Assembly: GCA_050329585.1 (NCBI GenBank)
Contig: JBHJOR010000001.1
Coordinates: 5,967 to 69,966 of the forward strand
Reading direction: 5' to 3'
Length of the DNA stretch: 64,000 nt
Origin: Candidatus Methylacidiphilales bacterium
GTDB taxonomy: Bacteria > Verrucomicrobiota > Verrucomicrobiia > Methylacidiphilales > JBCBYL01
Shown here one piece after another: positions 1-10,826 of this stretch. The notes beneath the pieces are model-generated. The model saw only the letters and a list, made by a program, of their open reading frames with translations. It was not told the DNA's origin and did no database searches. Made by a program: the position numbers and the translations under genes. Each line of letters starts with the position of its first letter. Position 1 is the stretch's first letter.

Positions 1-608
1 CCATCCTGGAGTCCGCCTTGACGATGCTGCGTGGTGCCGGACTCCAGGATGTGTCCGGCGAGCAACAACATGGGTCGTTGGTGGAACATGTGGAAGAAAA
101 CAGCCAGACCCCCTCGATGATTGTGATTGGCAAACGCGGACAGTCGCACGGCCAGGCGCGCTCACACTTGGGCAGCAACATGGAGCGCGTGATACGCGCC
201 GCATCCTGCCCGGTTTTGGTCTGCTCGCGTGAAACCCGCCCTGTGGCGTCATTTCTGCTGGCTTATGATGGCGGTGAAAGCTCGAAGAAGGCGCTCGAAT
301 ACGTGTTGAGCCGTCCGTTGTTCAAGGGATTGAATGCTGTGATGGTGCGGGTGGGCCATGCCACACCGGAGGTGGAGGCCGAGATGAAGTCGGCCGGGGA
401 GCGCTTAAAGACTGAGGGTTTTAAGGTGGATACGCGCATTGTGTCCGGTGATCCCGCCCATGTTTTCTCGGTTCTGGTGGAGACACTTCAGATAGATCTA
501 CTGGTGATGGGTGCTTATGGACATTCGAGGATACGGCAGTTTTTGGTGGGAAGCACCACCACGGAAATGATCCGCAGTTGCCGCATTCCCGTATTGATGT
601 TTCGTTGA
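1..608 (+). CDS. Universal stress protein (tandem USP domains), 5'-truncated by window edge
   Basis: IVIGKRG...LGSNMERVIRAASCPVLV and DLLVMGAYGHSRIRQFLVGSTT..IPVL motifs; frame open to window start. Confidence 0.85.
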   Translation, partial: ILESALTMLRGAGLQDVSGEQQHGSLVEHVEENSQTPSMIVIGKRGQSHGQARSHLGSNMERVIRAASCPVLVCSRETRPVASFLLAYDGGESSKKALEYVLSRPLFKGLNAVMVRVGHATPEVEAEMKSAGERLKTEGFKVDTRIVSGDPAHVFSVLVETLQIDLLVMGAYGHSRIRQFLVGSTTTEMIRSCRIPVLMFR

Positions 609-699
609 GCACTTTCCTGCGCCCGATGCACGTATCGGCACGATCAAAGCGGTCATAAACATCCTAAAATAGGGCTTGGACACTTCGAATAACCAAGCT

Positions 700-1314
700 A
701 TGCCAATCAAGGTGAATGTGCTCAATTCGCTACAGAAGCTCCTGTTTGCAGGATTGCTGGGGATGGCCATGACTGGCTTGGCGCAGGCGCACAGCGGTGC
801 GGGGGCAAATCATGGCATGGGGGACGGGTTTTTCCATCCGCTACACGGGCTTGATCACCTTTTAGCGATGGTAGCGGTAGGTTTATGGTCGGTGCAACGC
901 ACTGGAGGGGAGGGTTGGTGGAAATTACCGGCCATTTTTTTGGTGATGATGGTGGCGGGCTGGATCGGGGGGGTGGCGTGGGGCCCGATGCCTGCCAACG
1001 AGGCAGGTATATTTATATCCGTTGTGGTGCTGGGAACATTCTTAGTTCTAGCCTTTCGACCCGCCTGGGGGGTTTCCATGGCGTGCGTCGGGCTTTTTGG
1101 GCTTATCCATGGATGGGCGCATGGGGTCGAGATGCCCGGAGGCTCTTCGGGTTGGCATTATGCAGGAGGATTCATGATATCGACGATGCTGCTTCATGGC
1201 AGCGGCGTAGGGTTGGCACTGTATCTTGGGAAACTCGGGCACGGAATCGTTTTGCGGGGGTGTGGAGCATTGATCCTGCTGACGTTACTCATCGGAATCT
1301 TCCAGTCGTCCTAG
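700..1314 (+). CDS. HupE/UreJ family Ni/Co transporter
   Basis: Signal peptide ending AQAH; GFFHPLHGLDHLLAMVAVG, FGLIHGWAHGVEMP, LLHGSG motifs; multiple TM segments. Confidence 0.9.
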   Translation: MPIKVNVLNSLQKLLFAGLLGMAMTGLAQAHSGAGANHGMGDGFFHPLHGLDHLLAMVAVGLWSVQRTGGEGWWKLPAIFLVMMVAGWIGGVAWGPMPANEAGIFISVVVLGTFLVLAFRPAWGVSMACVGLFGLIHGWAHGVEMPGGSSGWHYAGGFMISTMLLHGSGVGLALYLGKLGHGIVLRGCGALILLTLLIGIFQSS

Positions 1315-1372
1315 GTGAATGGCCTGATCGCTTGATTCCAGGCTTTCTCGCATCGAACACCCGCAAAGGGGA

Positions 1373-1549
1373 TCAACCGAAGTTCTTAAAGAACTTTTTC
1401 ATGCGTCGATCGTATTTGCGCCGCCAGCGTTCTTCCGGGGTCAGACCGTAGTATTCCCATAATCGAATGCCTAAAGGAACTAAAATACCTACCACCGAAA
1501 TCAAAACGATGAGATAGATCCAAAAAAGAGGCCCCGGGGTTTCTTGCAT
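1373..1549 (-). CDS. Small single-TM membrane protein with basic C-terminus (58 aa)
   Basis: Hydrophobic LFWIYLIVLISVVGILVPLGI followed by an R/K-rich tail; own TTGATT-17-TAAGGT promoter upstream. Confidence 0.5.
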   Translation of the reverse strand: MQETPGPLFWIYLIVLISVVGILVPLGIRLWEYYGLTPEERWRRKYDRRMKKFFKNFG

Positions 1550-1569
1550 ATAAATATCTGTTGGAAACA

Positions 1570-1627
1570 ACCTTACAGATTACTGATGGAATAATCAATT
1601 GACATTTTACCCTATCGTCACTAGTTA
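1570..1627. promoter_or_regulatory. Back-to-back divergent sigma70-type promoters
   Basis: Minus strand TTGATT(1598-1593)-17-TAAGGT(1575-1570); plus strand TTGACA(1599-1604)-17-TAGTTA(1622-1627). Confidence 0.5.
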
Positions 1628-1765
1628 TTAACACGTTATTCACATTATTTGAATCCGAGTTCTTATTTGACTTCCACGCCGACACCTCTAGCTTTTTAAA
1701 TGCTGAAACTCTAAATTTCAGCTCAAGCAAATAGTCGCCTAACGAACCCAAAACCCCACCACATT

Positions 1766-2626
1766 ATGAAATACGCAAAAGCTATTGATCTAGGACCTGC
1801 CCTAGCGATGAAACGCTTCCACCGGAATCGTCCCCGCCGACTGACCCTCTGGGGCTTTGTGATCGCCTCTAATCTGGCTTGGATCGCCACAGCGGTGGTT
1901 TTGGCCTCGGGCTGGTGGAGCACCAGCAAGGTAGGCATCGCCTTAACCGACTTTTATTTGGAGGAGCGCTCCAAGTGGATGCGCGTTTCTGAAGAGCAAC
2001 AGAATTTGTTACGGGATCGTAACATGGAGATCGCCCGCATGGTGGCGTTCCAAACTTCATCACCCAATGATGTGGTGGAGTTGGCGAAGAAAGTAAACCT
2101 AGTCTTAGCGAACTCCCAAGGTTCCAAACGCAGCTTTTTGGAAGAAGCGGTTCCCGAAGCTATCCGTATGCAGGTTCAATATGACATTCCCGCCTCGGCC
2201 ATCATTGCAATGGCCATCTACGAAAGCGGTTACGGTCGCAGTGATCTGGCCAGCCAGTATCACAATTACTTCGGCATGAAAGCGTACCATTGGAATGGCA
2301 AGAAGGTGAACATGCCGACTACCGACAGCGGAGTGCGCACTCGGGCGGATTTCCGTGTTTATCCGAGCATGGGGGATGGTTTCCAAGGTTTCGCCGAGTT
2401 CCTGAAATCAAAGAGCCGATACAGCAAAGCGTTCCGCCACACCACCGGCACCGAATTTGTGCGCGAGGTGTTGGCTGCCGGTTACTGTCCGGACAGCGAT
2501 TACCTGGCCAATATCCGAACCATCATGGAGCGTCATAACCTCCACGCCTTGGACAACATCATTGCCCAAGGCAAGGAGGCACCCTATCAGGTGGCGTGGA
2601 ACAAGATGAAGGAACCGATCAAGTAA
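1766..2626 (+). CDS. Membrane-anchored GH73 glucosaminidase (FlgJ-like peptidoglycan hydrolase)
   Basis: IPASAIIAMAIYESGYG, HNYFGMK, FRVY, AGYCPDSDY motifs; N-terminal TM and coiled segment. Confidence 0.85.
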   Translation: MKYAKAIDLGPALAMKRFHRNRPRRLTLWGFVIASNLAWIATAVVLASGWWSTSKVGIALTDFYLEERSKWMRVSEEQQNLLRDRNMEIARMVAFQTSSPNDVVELAKKVNLVLANSQGSKRSFLEEAVPEAIRMQVQYDIPASAIIAMAIYESGYGRSDLASQYHNYFGMKAYHWNGKKVNMPTTDSGVRTRADFRVYPSMGDGFQGFAEFLKSKSRYSKAFRHTTGTEFVREVLAAGYCPDSDYLANIRTIMERHNLHALDNIIAQGKEAPYQVAWNKMKEPIK

Positions 2627-2640
2627 CCCCCTTCTTGACG

Positions 2641-2667
2641 AAGCCCGGCTGCGCGCCGGGCTTTTTT
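2641..2667 (+). terminator. Rho-independent terminator
   Basis: AAGCCCGGC-TGCGC-GCCGGGCTT followed by a T run. Confidence 0.8.
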
Positions 2668-2923
2668 GGCTCTCATGACTTCTCCATCAGCTTCGCCGTT
2701 ACCCGTTTCTTTGGAAACGAATGAGTTGATGGCTTGTCTGGAAGCTTACTTTAAGGCGGTTGATTCCCAAAAAAGTGCTGCGCCTCTTGATTTGACTGAA
2801 CCTATCCGGAGGATGGACGAATGGTCCACCGACAAACTCAGCAACGCTCCTGCTCCTGTGCGGCACTATCTGCAATCGCGCAGTTACCGGAAAGCCTATC
2901 TGGCTCTCGGCGGGAAACGGTAA
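2666..2923 (+). CDS. Small helical hypothetical protein
   Basis: Protein-like ORF filling the gap; C-terminal HYLQSRSYRKAYLAL; start may be the ATG at 2677-2680 region. Confidence 0.6.
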   Translation: MALMTSPSASPLPVSLETNELMACLEAYFKAVDSQKSAAPLDLTEPIRRMDEWSTDKLSNAPAPVRHYLQSRSYRKAYLALGGKR

Positions 2924-2974
2924 ATGGCCTCCTGGTATAATTCATTCAGCAGACCGAATTCTAGGACTTGAAGA

Positions 2975-3505
2975 TTACGATTGGGTCAGGACGGTAAGAA
3001 CGTCTTGGGCTTGTTGTTCGGTCGAGGCGGACTCATCTTTCCAAATCAGTTTCCCCTTTTGAAAGAGAAAGGCCTGTCGTTTGGCAAAGTTACCCATGGA
3101 AGGAACACCGAATGATTTGACCACCACACCATCGACGTCCGCCAACAACGTAAAGGGCAGGTTGAATTTATCGGCGAAGGCTTTTTGTCCGGCCACAGAA
3201 TCCCGGCTGACGCCGATAACCTTCACTCCTTTATCCTGAAGATCCGAGTAGGCGTCACGAAGGCTGCAAGCCTGTTTGGTGCATCCGGGGGTGTCGGCTT
3301 TGGGGTAAAAATACACGAGCAGGAACGGCTCTTGCCGAAGCGACTTGAGCTTTATCTGAGCCCCGGATTGATCGTTGGCCACAACGTCGGGAAGTTCAAA
3401 CCCCAAATCCAGCGATGCATTCACGGTTCCACCAAAAAGCGCTAAAAGTCCTGCGGAAAGCCATTTTGTCATGCAATATACTCGCACAGCATCATAAATC
3501 CGCAA
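2975..3505 (-). CDS. bcp: Peroxiredoxin, BCP/PrxQ family (probably exported; likely start MTKW at 3472)
   Basis: [16 protein letters not shown] peroxidatic motif. Confidence 0.9.
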   Translation of the reverse strand: MRIYDAVRVYCMTKWLSAGLLALFGGTVNASLDLGFELPDVVANDQSGAQIKLKSLRQEPFLLVYFYPKADTPGCTKQACSLRDAYSDLQDKGVKVIGVSRDSVAGQKAFADKFNLPFTLLADVDGVVVKSFGVPSMGNFAKRQAFLFQKGKLIWKDESASTEQQAQDVLTVLTQS

Positions 3506-3558
3506 GCCCCTCCGTTTTTCTGATTTTCAGCCATGGAAGCACGTTCTATATTCCGCGC

Positions 3559-5136
3559 ATGAATCCATCTTGGCAGGCCTATCAAAATCAAATCATCTCC
3601 ATTGAACCCCTTGGTATCACTCTCGATGTCAGCCGGATGCAGCACGATCCTTCATGGATCGAAGACCTGAAGCCGCGGATCGATCTGGCCTTCGACCAGA
3701 TGAATGAGCTGGAGAAAGGCTCTATTGCCAACCCGGATGAAAACCGGATGGTGGGCCATTACTGGTTGAGAAATCCAGCATTAGCCCCCGATTCCGGGCT
3801 TCGCAAGGCCATTGAATCTACCCTGGAAGACGTTAATGATTTTGTCCGGAAAATCCACGCTGGCTCCCTTTGCCCGCCGGGAGGGGGAAAATTCACCGAA
3901 CTTCTGGTGGTCGGCATCGGCGGTTCTGCGCTCGGCCCTCAATTTATCGCCGACGCACTTGGTGACAGTGATGATTTTCTCAATATCCATTTTATCGACA
4001 ATACCGATCCGGATGGAATAGCGCGAGTGCTGACACGTTTAGGATCCCTGCTGGCCTCCACCCTGACCGTGGTCATTTCTAAATCAGGCGGCACTAAAGA
4101 AACCCGCAACGGCATGCTGATGGTCGCCAACGCTTATCACCAACAGGGACTGGAACACGCGCCGCATTTTGTGGCGATTACGGGCGAAGGTTCACTGCTC
4201 GATCAAACCGCGGTTTCGGAAAAATGGCTGAAACGCTTCCCGATGTGGGATTGGGTGGGCGGACGAACGTCGGTGATGAGCACGGTGGGGCTGGTTCCGA
4301 TGGCCTTACAGGGTTGTGATATCGAGTCCTTTTTAGACGGAGCAGCACAAATGGATGCTGCCACCCGAGTGCCCGAGGCACTGACCAACCCGGCCATGAT
4401 GCTGGCCTTGATGTGGCACCATGCCGGGGAAGGCCGCGGTAAAAAAGACATGGTGGTGCTTCCTTACAAGGATCGTCTGATGCTCTTTTCCAAATACCTC
4501 CAGCAGTTGGTGATGGAATCACTCGGAAAAGAAAAGGATCTTGATGGCCGGGTGGTTCACCAAGGGATCGCCGTCTATGGCAACAAAGGATCAACCGACC
4601 AACACGCCTACGTGCAACAGCTCAGAGATGGCGTGAATAATTTTTTCGTCACATTCATCGAAGTGCGTTGCGATGGCAAGGAGCCTCAATTGGAAGTGGA
4701 GCCCGGCGTTACAGCGGGGGATTATCTTCAAGGTTTCCTACGGGGCACCCGCGCCGCGCTGACTGAAGGTGGACGGCAGAACATGACCCTCAGCGTTCCA
4801 GAGGTTTCAGCCCGGCAGGTGGGAGCGTTGATCGCCCTCTACGAACGTGCGGTGGGCTTTTATGCTTCATTGGTCAACGTCAATGCCTACCACCAGCCGG
4901 GTGTGGAAGCGGGGAAAAAAGCCGCCACCCGGCTACTGGATCTGCAACAGCGCATCGTAGCCACACTAAATGAAAAAGCGGGCCACGGTTGGACCGCCGA
5001 AGAATTGGCCCAGCCTTTGGAAGCCGATCCAGAAGACGTTTACCACATTCTGACCCACCTGGCAGCTAATCGCCCGGACGTGACGATACAACGCGGCTCG
5101 ACCCCTGCTGAGTGCCGCTTTGTTAAAGCTGGCTGA
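3559..5136 (+). CDS. pgi: Glucose-6-phosphate isomerase (cyanobacterial/plastid-like type)
   Basis: [44 protein letters not shown]; start placed at the ATG following TATATT. Confidence 0.95.
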   Translation: MNPSWQAYQNQIISIEPLGITLDVSRMQHDPSWIEDLKPRIDLAFDQMNELEKGSIANPDENRMVGHYWLRNPALAPDSGLRKAIESTLEDVNDFVRKIHAGSLCPPGGGKFTELLVVGIGGSALGPQFIADALGDSDDFLNIHFIDNTDPDGIARVLTRLGSLLASTLTVVISKSGGTKETRNGMLMVANAYHQQGLEHAPHFVAITGEGSLLDQTAVSEKWLKRFPMWDWVGGRTSVMSTVGLVPMALQGCDIESFLDGAAQMDAATRVPEALTNPAMMLALMWHHAGEGRGKKDMVVLPYKDRLMLFSKYLQQLVMESLGKEKDLDGRVVHQGIAVYGNKGSTDQHAYVQQLRDGVNNFFVTFIEVRCDGKEPQLEVEPGVTAGDYLQGFLRGTRAALTEGGRQNMTLSVPEVSARQVGALIALYERAVGFYASLVNVNAYHQPGVEAGKKAATRLLDLQQRIVATLNEKAGHGWTAEELAQPLEADPEDVYHILTHLAANRPDVTIQRGSTPAECRFVKAG

Positions 5137-5150
5137 GCCGAAGCTTCGGA

Positions 5151-6698
5151 TCAGTGGCGGAAGTGACGGGCGCCGGTGAAGACCATGGCCATGCCGGCCC
5201 GGTTTGCTGCGGCGATGACTTCTTGATCCCTGACGCTTCCCCCGGGCTGGATGACGGCGGTAGCACCTGCGGCGGCGGCGGCCTCCACTCCATCGGGAAA
5301 GGGGAAAAACGCATCCGAGCAGATGGCGCTGCCCGCCAAGGATAAACCGGCCTCCCCGGCTTTCCAAACTGCGATGCGGGATGAATCCACCCGACTCATT
5401 TGCCCGGCCCCTATTCCCAGAGTGCGGTCGTGCGCACTGTAAACGATGGCATTGGATTTGACGTGTTTGACCACACGCCACCCGAAGTCGAGAGCGCGGG
5501 TTTCCTCCTCGGTGGGGGCACGATCTGTGACGATTTTCCAATCTGACTGCGCCTCCATCGAAATGTCGGATTGTTGCACTAAAAAGCCCCCCGGAACGGA
5601 CTTGATATCGAGGGCACAGCCGGGAGCCGCGGTGAGGCGGTTTTCGATCAACCGCAAGTTTTTCTTTTTCTCCAACAGGGCGCGGGCGTCCGGGTGGAAA
5701 GAGGGGGCGATGATGACTTCGGAGAAGATTTCGGCGATTCCCTCGGCCACGGACAGATCAAGGGGTTGGTTGACGACGATGATGCCGCCGAAGGGTGCCT
5801 GACGATCCGTGGCATACGCGTTTTCCCATGCCTCGCGAAGGGTGGCTCCACGACCCAATCCGCACGGGTTGGTGTGTTTGAGGATGGCCAACGTGGGTTC
5901 GGGAGAGGAGGAAAATTCAGCAATCAGGGCCGTAGCCGCAGCAATGTCGATGATGTTGTTGTACGAAAGTTCCTTGCCGTGCAACTGGGTGAAATGCTGG
6001 TGAAAGTTTCCGAAAAGGGCGGCTTTTTGATGGGGATTTTCTCCATAGCGAAGGGGCTGCGCCATCCGGTGACCGATGGTGAAGGTCTCGGGAAAGGCCG
6101 GGCTATCAGGCGTGCTGGCGTGGCAGGTAAGATAGCCGGCGATGAGGCTATCGTAATGTGCGGTGTGGCGGAAGGCCTTGGCTGCCAGGTCTTCACGGGT
6201 GTGTAACGTGGTTTCGCCCCGGCCTGTCAGCTCTGTTTGCACTCGTAGGTAATCCGCCGGATCCACGATGACCGTAACACTGCGGTAGTTTTTGGAAGCA
6301 CTACGCAGCATGGAAGGCCCTCCGATATCGATATTCTCAATCAGCTCTTCATGACGGACTCCGGGTTTTTTTAAAGTAGCCTCGAAAGGGTAGAGATTCA
6401 CCACCACCAGATCGATGGGTTCGATGCCGTGATCCGCAGCTTGGGCCTTGTGCTCGGGATGGTCACGCAGATGAAGTAATCCTCCGTGAATTTTTGGATG
6501 CAGGGTTTTGACTCGTCCGTCCATCATTTCGGGAAACCCGGTATAATCGGAAACGTCGGTCACCGCTAAGCCCGATTCGCGCAGCAGACGGGCGGTGCCT
6601 CCGGTTGAAAGCAAGCGAACTCCTTGTTGGTGGAGGAAGGAGGCGAATTCAATCAGGCCGGATTTATCGGAGACAGAGAGTAGTGCGTTTTGGATCAT
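5151..6698 (-). CDS. purH: Bifunctional AICAR transformylase / IMP cyclohydrolase
   Basis: [49 protein letters not shown]. Confidence 0.97.
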   Translation of the reverse strand: MIQNALLSVSDKSGLIEFASFLHQQGVRLLSTGGTARLLRESGLAVTDVSDYTGFPEMMDGRVKTLHPKIHGGLLHLRDHPEHKAQAADHGIEPIDLVVVNLYPFEATLKKPGVRHEELIENIDIGGPSMLRSASKNYRSVTVIVDPADYLRVQTELTGRGETTLHTREDLAAKAFRHTAHYDSLIAGYLTCHASTPDSPAFPETFTIGHRMAQPLRYGENPHQKAALFGNFHQHFTQLHGKELSYNNIIDIAAATALIAEFSSSPEPTLAILKHTNPCGLGRGATLREAWENAYATDRQAPFGGIIVVNQPLDLSVAEGIAEIFSEVIIAPSFHPDARALLEKKKNLRLIENRLTAAPGCALDIKSVPGGFLVQQSDISMEAQSDWKIVTDRAPTEEETRALDFGWRVVKHVKSNAIVYSAHDRTLGIGAGQMSRVDSSRIAVWKAGEAGLSLAGSAICSDAFFPFPDGVEAAAAAGATAVIQPGGSVRDQEVIAAANRAGMAMVFTGARHFRH

Positions 6699-6740
6699 AG
6701 AAATGGGTGCGGGCGGGGCGCTGAGTTGATTGTAAAAAAA

Positions 6741-7793
6741 TTAAAAGCGGAGACGGGTGACTTGGGTTCCTTTGGTAACGGAACCAATCACCCACGCGGT
6801 GGTGCGGTGGAGTATTTTGACCGCGTCTTTGGGGGTAACCACGGCGATCATTCCAATACCCATGTTGAAGACGTGGTAGATCTCCTCTTTATCTACCCCG
6901 CCGCGCTCTGCAAGGAATTCAAAGATGGGGGGCATTTTCCAGGTGCCGGTTTGGATTTCCACATCGACACCGGGAGGTAGAACGCGGGGGATATTGTCCA
7001 CAAAGCCACCGCCGGTGATGTGAGCAAGCCCTTTGAAGGTAACGTGTTTGGCCAGTTTTTTGAGCAGTGGTTGGTAGTTGATATGGGGGGCCATCAGAGC
7101 CTCTCCCACGGTGAGTTCGGTGTTCGGTAGATGTGAGCTCACGTTCAGTTTCAGGTCGGAAAAAAGAATCGAGCGGGCCAGAGAGTAGCCATTAGTGTGG
7201 AGGCCAGAGGAAGGTAACCCCACCACTACATCGCCCGGTCGGATCTTGGAGCCGTCGATCATTTTCTTTTTTTCGACCACCCCGATAATGGTGCCCACTA
7301 GATCGTAATCTTCCCCATGATAGAGGCCGGGCATTTGAGCGGTTTCTCCGCCGATGAGGGCGCACCGCGAGGCGGTGCAGGCGCGGGCCAAACCGGTGAG
7401 AATTTGGCGGAAGACATCGGGATCCAAGCTGGAGGTTCCGATGTAATCGAGGAAAAAAAGCGGCTCCGCTCCCAGAACGGCTATGTCATTGATACAATGG
7501 TTGACGAGATCTTCTCCGATGGTGTCGTGTCGTTTCATCAAGGATGCGACTTTGAGTTTGGTGCCGACTCCATCGATACTGCTGACCAGCACGGGATGTT
7601 TGTATTTCGAGAAGCGGGCATCGAAGAGACCACCGAAGCCTCCCACAGCACCCAGAACTTCAGGTCGGCGGGTGGGGGCTACCAGTGCGCCGATACCCGA
7701 CTTGACACGGTTGCCAAGGTCGAGGTTAACACCGGCCCGGGTGTAAGCGGTTTGTGATGCGGAGCGGGAGGTCTTTTTCTTGGAGCTGCTCAT
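6741..7793 (-). CDS. purM: Phosphoribosylformylglycinamidine cyclo-ligase
   Basis: DGVGTK, GAEPLFFLDY, GGETAQMP, SSGLHTNGYS, HITGGG, FNMGIG. Confidence 0.97.
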   Translation of the reverse strand: MSSSKKKTSRSASQTAYTRAGVNLDLGNRVKSGIGALVAPTRRPEVLGAVGGFGGLFDARFSKYKHPVLVSSIDGVGTKLKVASLMKRHDTIGEDLVNHCINDIAVLGAEPLFFLDYIGTSSLDPDVFRQILTGLARACTASRCALIGGETAQMPGLYHGEDYDLVGTIIGVVEKKKMIDGSKIRPGDVVVGLPSSGLHTNGYSLARSILFSDLKLNVSSHLPNTELTVGEALMAPHINYQPLLKKLAKHVTFKGLAHITGGGFVDNIPRVLPPGVDVEIQTGTWKMPPIFEFLAERGGVDKEEIYHVFNMGIGMIAVVTPKDAVKILHRTTAWVIGSVTKGTQVTRLRF

Positions 7794-7848
7794 GGGTTAA
7801 GGAGACTAGAGTAGTTGAATGTTGAAATCAAGCAGCGGTAGCTAGAGT

Positions 7849-9018
7849 TCAAGATTCAGAAAGGGTGGCTTGAACGGAATCGCCGGTGCTGTCTTCGAGT
7901 CCGAAACGGGTTTCCCCATCCTTGATTTCGCCCATGGTTTTATCAAAGCGGTCGAGATCGCGGTTGGCCTTGGTGAAGTCATCCTGGGCTTGACGGAGGC
8001 GCTGGCCCACTTTTTCGAAGTCGCTGCGGAAATTACGGAAATGCCGTTCCATCTGCTGGATGGAGCGCAGCATGGCCAGAGCATTTTCCTGCATTTCGTA
8101 TCCGCGGAAAGCGAGAGCGACGGCGTAAAGTGTGGCACCGAGAGTATTAGGAGACACCAGGCTGACTTTGAGCTGGCGGCAGTATTCGACCACTTCGGGT
8201 TGTTGAAGCAACTCGTAATACATCCGTTCACTGGGAACAAAAAGAAACGCCTGGTCGGCGGTGCCCAGCTCGGGACGGATATATTTTTTAGCGATGTCTG
8301 CGGCCATGTGTTTGATGACCGAAGCGAGTTCTTTGCGGGCGATGAGGACGGCGGCTTCGTCGCGGGCTTCATTGATGAGTAGGGCCATGCGGTCTTTGGG
8401 AAATTTGGCGTCAATGCAGAGTCGCAGACCTTTGATGGTGATCGTCGCGTCGGGCTGGCAACCTTCCGTTAGGCGCGGCTGCCACTCATAACCACCGGGT
8501 AAGATATCGTCGAGGAGTTGCTGCAATGCTGTTTCTCCAAAGTTGCCCTGAAGTTTCGGGGATGCCAGCAGGTGGTTAAGCTCGCCCACTTGCTCGCTGA
8601 CTTTCAACATCTGATCGGCGCTGGATTTGAGATGAATCAGGCTTTTGTTCATTTCTCTGAAGGCGCCGAAGTTTTGTTCGAAGTTTTCCTGCAGTTTTTT
8701 TTCCACGCCACCGCGGATTTCCTGTAAGCGGGCGTTGGTTTGCTCTTGGAGGGTTTCAAAACGTTTTTCGAGGACAAGGGATTGGTTGCGCAGGGAGTCT
8801 TGGACTTCCTGACGTAGCTGGGCTCCGCTGTGGGAAGTGAAATCACGAAAATCTGAGCGTTGATCACCCAATGATTTAAGAAGCATTTCGCGCAAGCCAT
8901 TGAGATCGTGATTTTGGCTCTGGGTAAGTCGGGAGGGAAGCTGGAGCAGGAGGAAGAAACACGCGGCCGCAATGAGGAAGGTCAACGAGGCAATAGAGAT
9001 GGCGATGACGATGGTCAT
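7849..9018 (-). CDS. rmuC: RmuC-family protein
   Basis: N-terminal TM, coiled coil, GNFGE..L, PD..I, IDAKFP, FLFVPSE, VSPNTL. Confidence 0.85.
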   Translation of the reverse strand: MTIVIAISIASLTFLIAAACFFLLLQLPSRLTQSQNHDLNGLREMLLKSLGDQRSDFRDFTSHSGAQLRQEVQDSLRNQSLVLEKRFETLQEQTNARLQEIRGGVEKKLQENFEQNFGAFREMNKSLIHLKSSADQMLKVSEQVGELNHLLASPKLQGNFGETALQQLLDDILPGGYEWQPRLTEGCQPDATITIKGLRLCIDAKFPKDRMALLINEARDEAAVLIARKELASVIKHMAADIAKKYIRPELGTADQAFLFVPSERMYYELLQQPEVVEYCRQLKVSLVSPNTLGATLYAVALAFRGYEMQENALAMLRSIQQMERHFRNFRSDFEKVGQRLRQAQDDFTKANRDLDRFDKTMGEIKDGETRFGLEDSTGDSVQATLSES

Positions 9019-9025
9019 GTAAAGC

Positions 9026-9667
9026 TCAGGCGGGCAGGAGCGCCGTTAGCTCGTTGAAGTGGAGGATAAAGTGATGGGCTTCTTCGCGAACCCGTTGGCG
9101 CTCGGCGAACCCGCCAAAACCAATAAATAGATCGACCTCCGGCTTCGTTTCCAAATCACTGACCCCGTCACCGACCATGACCGTGAAATCGGGCTGGTAA
9201 CGGGCCTTGAGCTGTTGCAGGCAGAGCGGCTTGCCTCCCGACACAGCGGTCGGATAGGAGGTGTCACAATGCAAATAGGATCCATCCGGGTTGAAAAAGA
9301 CAGGGACGGCCATGACTTCACGGATGCCGAGGTGATCGGAGAGCGCGCGAACGGGCGGCAGCAGTCCGCCACTCACCACAGTAGTGATCCAGCCGGAGGC
9401 TTGGAGCGAGTGGATCACTTCGAGTGCGCCGGGGGCTAGTGTTTCGATGTAGAGGCGGGAGAGTGTTTCAAGATCCGCGCTGGTGGGACGGATTAGTTCC
9501 ATACGAAAGCGGAACACGGATTCCAGGGAAATAGCACCTTCCATGGCGCGTTGGGTGGCTTCTTCGACTTGCTGGTAGATCTCCGCCCCTTTCATACGAG
9601 CGAGTTCATCCACACCTTCGATGGAGCTCAGGGTGCTGTCGCAATCCAATACGATGAGGCGTGACAT
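9026..9667 (-). CDS. serB: HAD-IB phosphoserine phosphatase-like
   Basis: DCDST motif I, VSGG, K, MVGDGVSD. Confidence 0.8.
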   Translation of the reverse strand: MSRLIVLDCDSTLSSIEGVDELARMKGAEIYQQVEEATQRAMEGAISLESVFRFRMELIRPTSADLETLSRLYIETLAPGALEVIHSLQASGWITTVVSGGLLPPVRALSDHLGIREVMAVPVFFNPDGSYLHCDTSYPTAVSGGKPLCLQQLKARYQPDFTVMVGDGVSDLETKPEVDLFIGFGGFAERQRVREEAHHFILHFNELTALLPA

Positions 9668-9674
9668 AAGGTTT

Positions 9675-10742
9675 TCAGGGATGGGAGCCGGAATGAAGAT
9701 GTTCATACACCGTGGTTTTCAGACCAGCGGTTTCACGAACCAGATGGGCAAAGTGTTCCGGATTCCAAACAGAAGGCGGAGGAGCCAGGCGAGCTTTGAA
9801 GTTTTGGATGCGCTGCAGAACAGGTTCGACGATGTTACCGGGCAACGCAGAGAGTGCTTCGGAGGCAAGGAAGGCGCAGGCGGGATTATGACAGATGAGG
9901 AGCATGTCATTGCCGGCCTCCACCGCCATGCGGGCAGACTCCGCCGCTCCAAATCGCCGTGTAATGGCTCCCATTTCGAGATCGTCGGTCATCACTAAAC
10001 CTTGGTAGCCCATGTCATGACGCAGCAGACCGCCTACGATGGAAGGAGAGAGGGAAGCGGGAAAGGGCTCGGAGTGCCAATGGGTGAAGTGGCCGTGGCC
10101 AATCATGACCGAAGACGCCCGTTTAAGAAAGGTGCGGAACACACGCAGTTCATCCCGATTCATTTCTTCAAGGGAACGCTGAATGATCGGCAATGCCCCG
10201 TGAGGATCGTTTTCACAGTAGGTGTAACCGGGGAAGTGTTTGACGGTGCCGAGGACTCCACCGGATTCCATCGCGTCTAGAAAGGCGCTGGCCAGCTCGA
10301 TGACTTGGTCGGGCGATGTCCCCAAACAGCGTCCGCGCAGGGAGTTGTCGCGTTCTTCAGAGAGAGAGTAATCAATGACGGGAGCGAGGTTGAGGTTAAA
10401 ACCGAAGAGGCGCAGCAGGGCAGCGGTGAGACGTCCGTGCTCGGACGCCCACTCGGCGGAACCGGCGCGGGCCAGCTCATAGCCCGAGACGGGCACTCCG
10501 GCGAAGGCTTTGAGACGCGCAACGCGGCCGCCTTCTTGGTCGAGAGTTATGACAGGGGGGATGTTGCAGAGGGAGTAAAGTTCTGAGACTAGGCGGTAGG
10601 TTTGTTCGGGGCTGGCGAGGTTACGGGCGAACAGAATGAATCCGCCCGGCTGGATTTCCTTGATGAGACCAACGAGGCCTTCGGTGAGTTCCGGGCCCGG
10701 AACTCCCATAATAATGCATTGACCGGCATGTTGCGACACCAC
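9675..10742 (-). CDS. nagZ: GH3 beta-N-acetylhexosaminidase
   Basis: GGFILFARN, DQEGGRV, KHFPG, DPH, MTDDLEMGA. Confidence 0.8.
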   Translation of the reverse strand: MVSQHAGQCIIMGVPGPELTEGLVGLIKEIQPGGFILFARNLASPEQTYRLVSELYSLCNIPPVITLDQEGGRVARLKAFAGVPVSGYELARAGSAEWASEHGRLTAALLRLFGFNLNLAPVIDYSLSEERDNSLRGRCLGTSPDQVIELASAFLDAMESGGVLGTVKHFPGYTYCENDPHGALPIIQRSLEEMNRDELRVFRTFLKRASSVMIGHGHFTHWHSEPFPASLSPSIVGGLLRHDMGYQGLVMTDDLEMGAITRRFGAAESARMAVEAGNDMLLICHNPACAFLASEALSALPGNIVEPVLQRIQNFKARLAPPPSVWNPEHFAHLVRETAGLKTTVYEHLHSGSHP

Positions 10743-10826
10743 GATAGCTTGAACGTGGAAGGCGACGGGTCAAGCCGACGAAAAGACAATCTTGCGCTTT
10801 GTTTAGAACCGTCGAATAGTGGGGGG

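Noticed and set aside
609-699. Cobalamin or NiCo riboswitch upstream of hupE/ureJ
   Set aside because: Gap is too short and no recognisable riboswitch motif is present
3460-3471. GCCATTTTGTCA, similar to the clpB/hsp20 enhancer box
   Set aside because: Single copy coinciding with the bcp MTKW codons; no GG-N10-GC promoter seen nearby
3415-3558. N-terminal extension of pgi in the ORF track
   Set aside because: Overlaps divergent bcp; a -10 box sits just before the ATG at 3559
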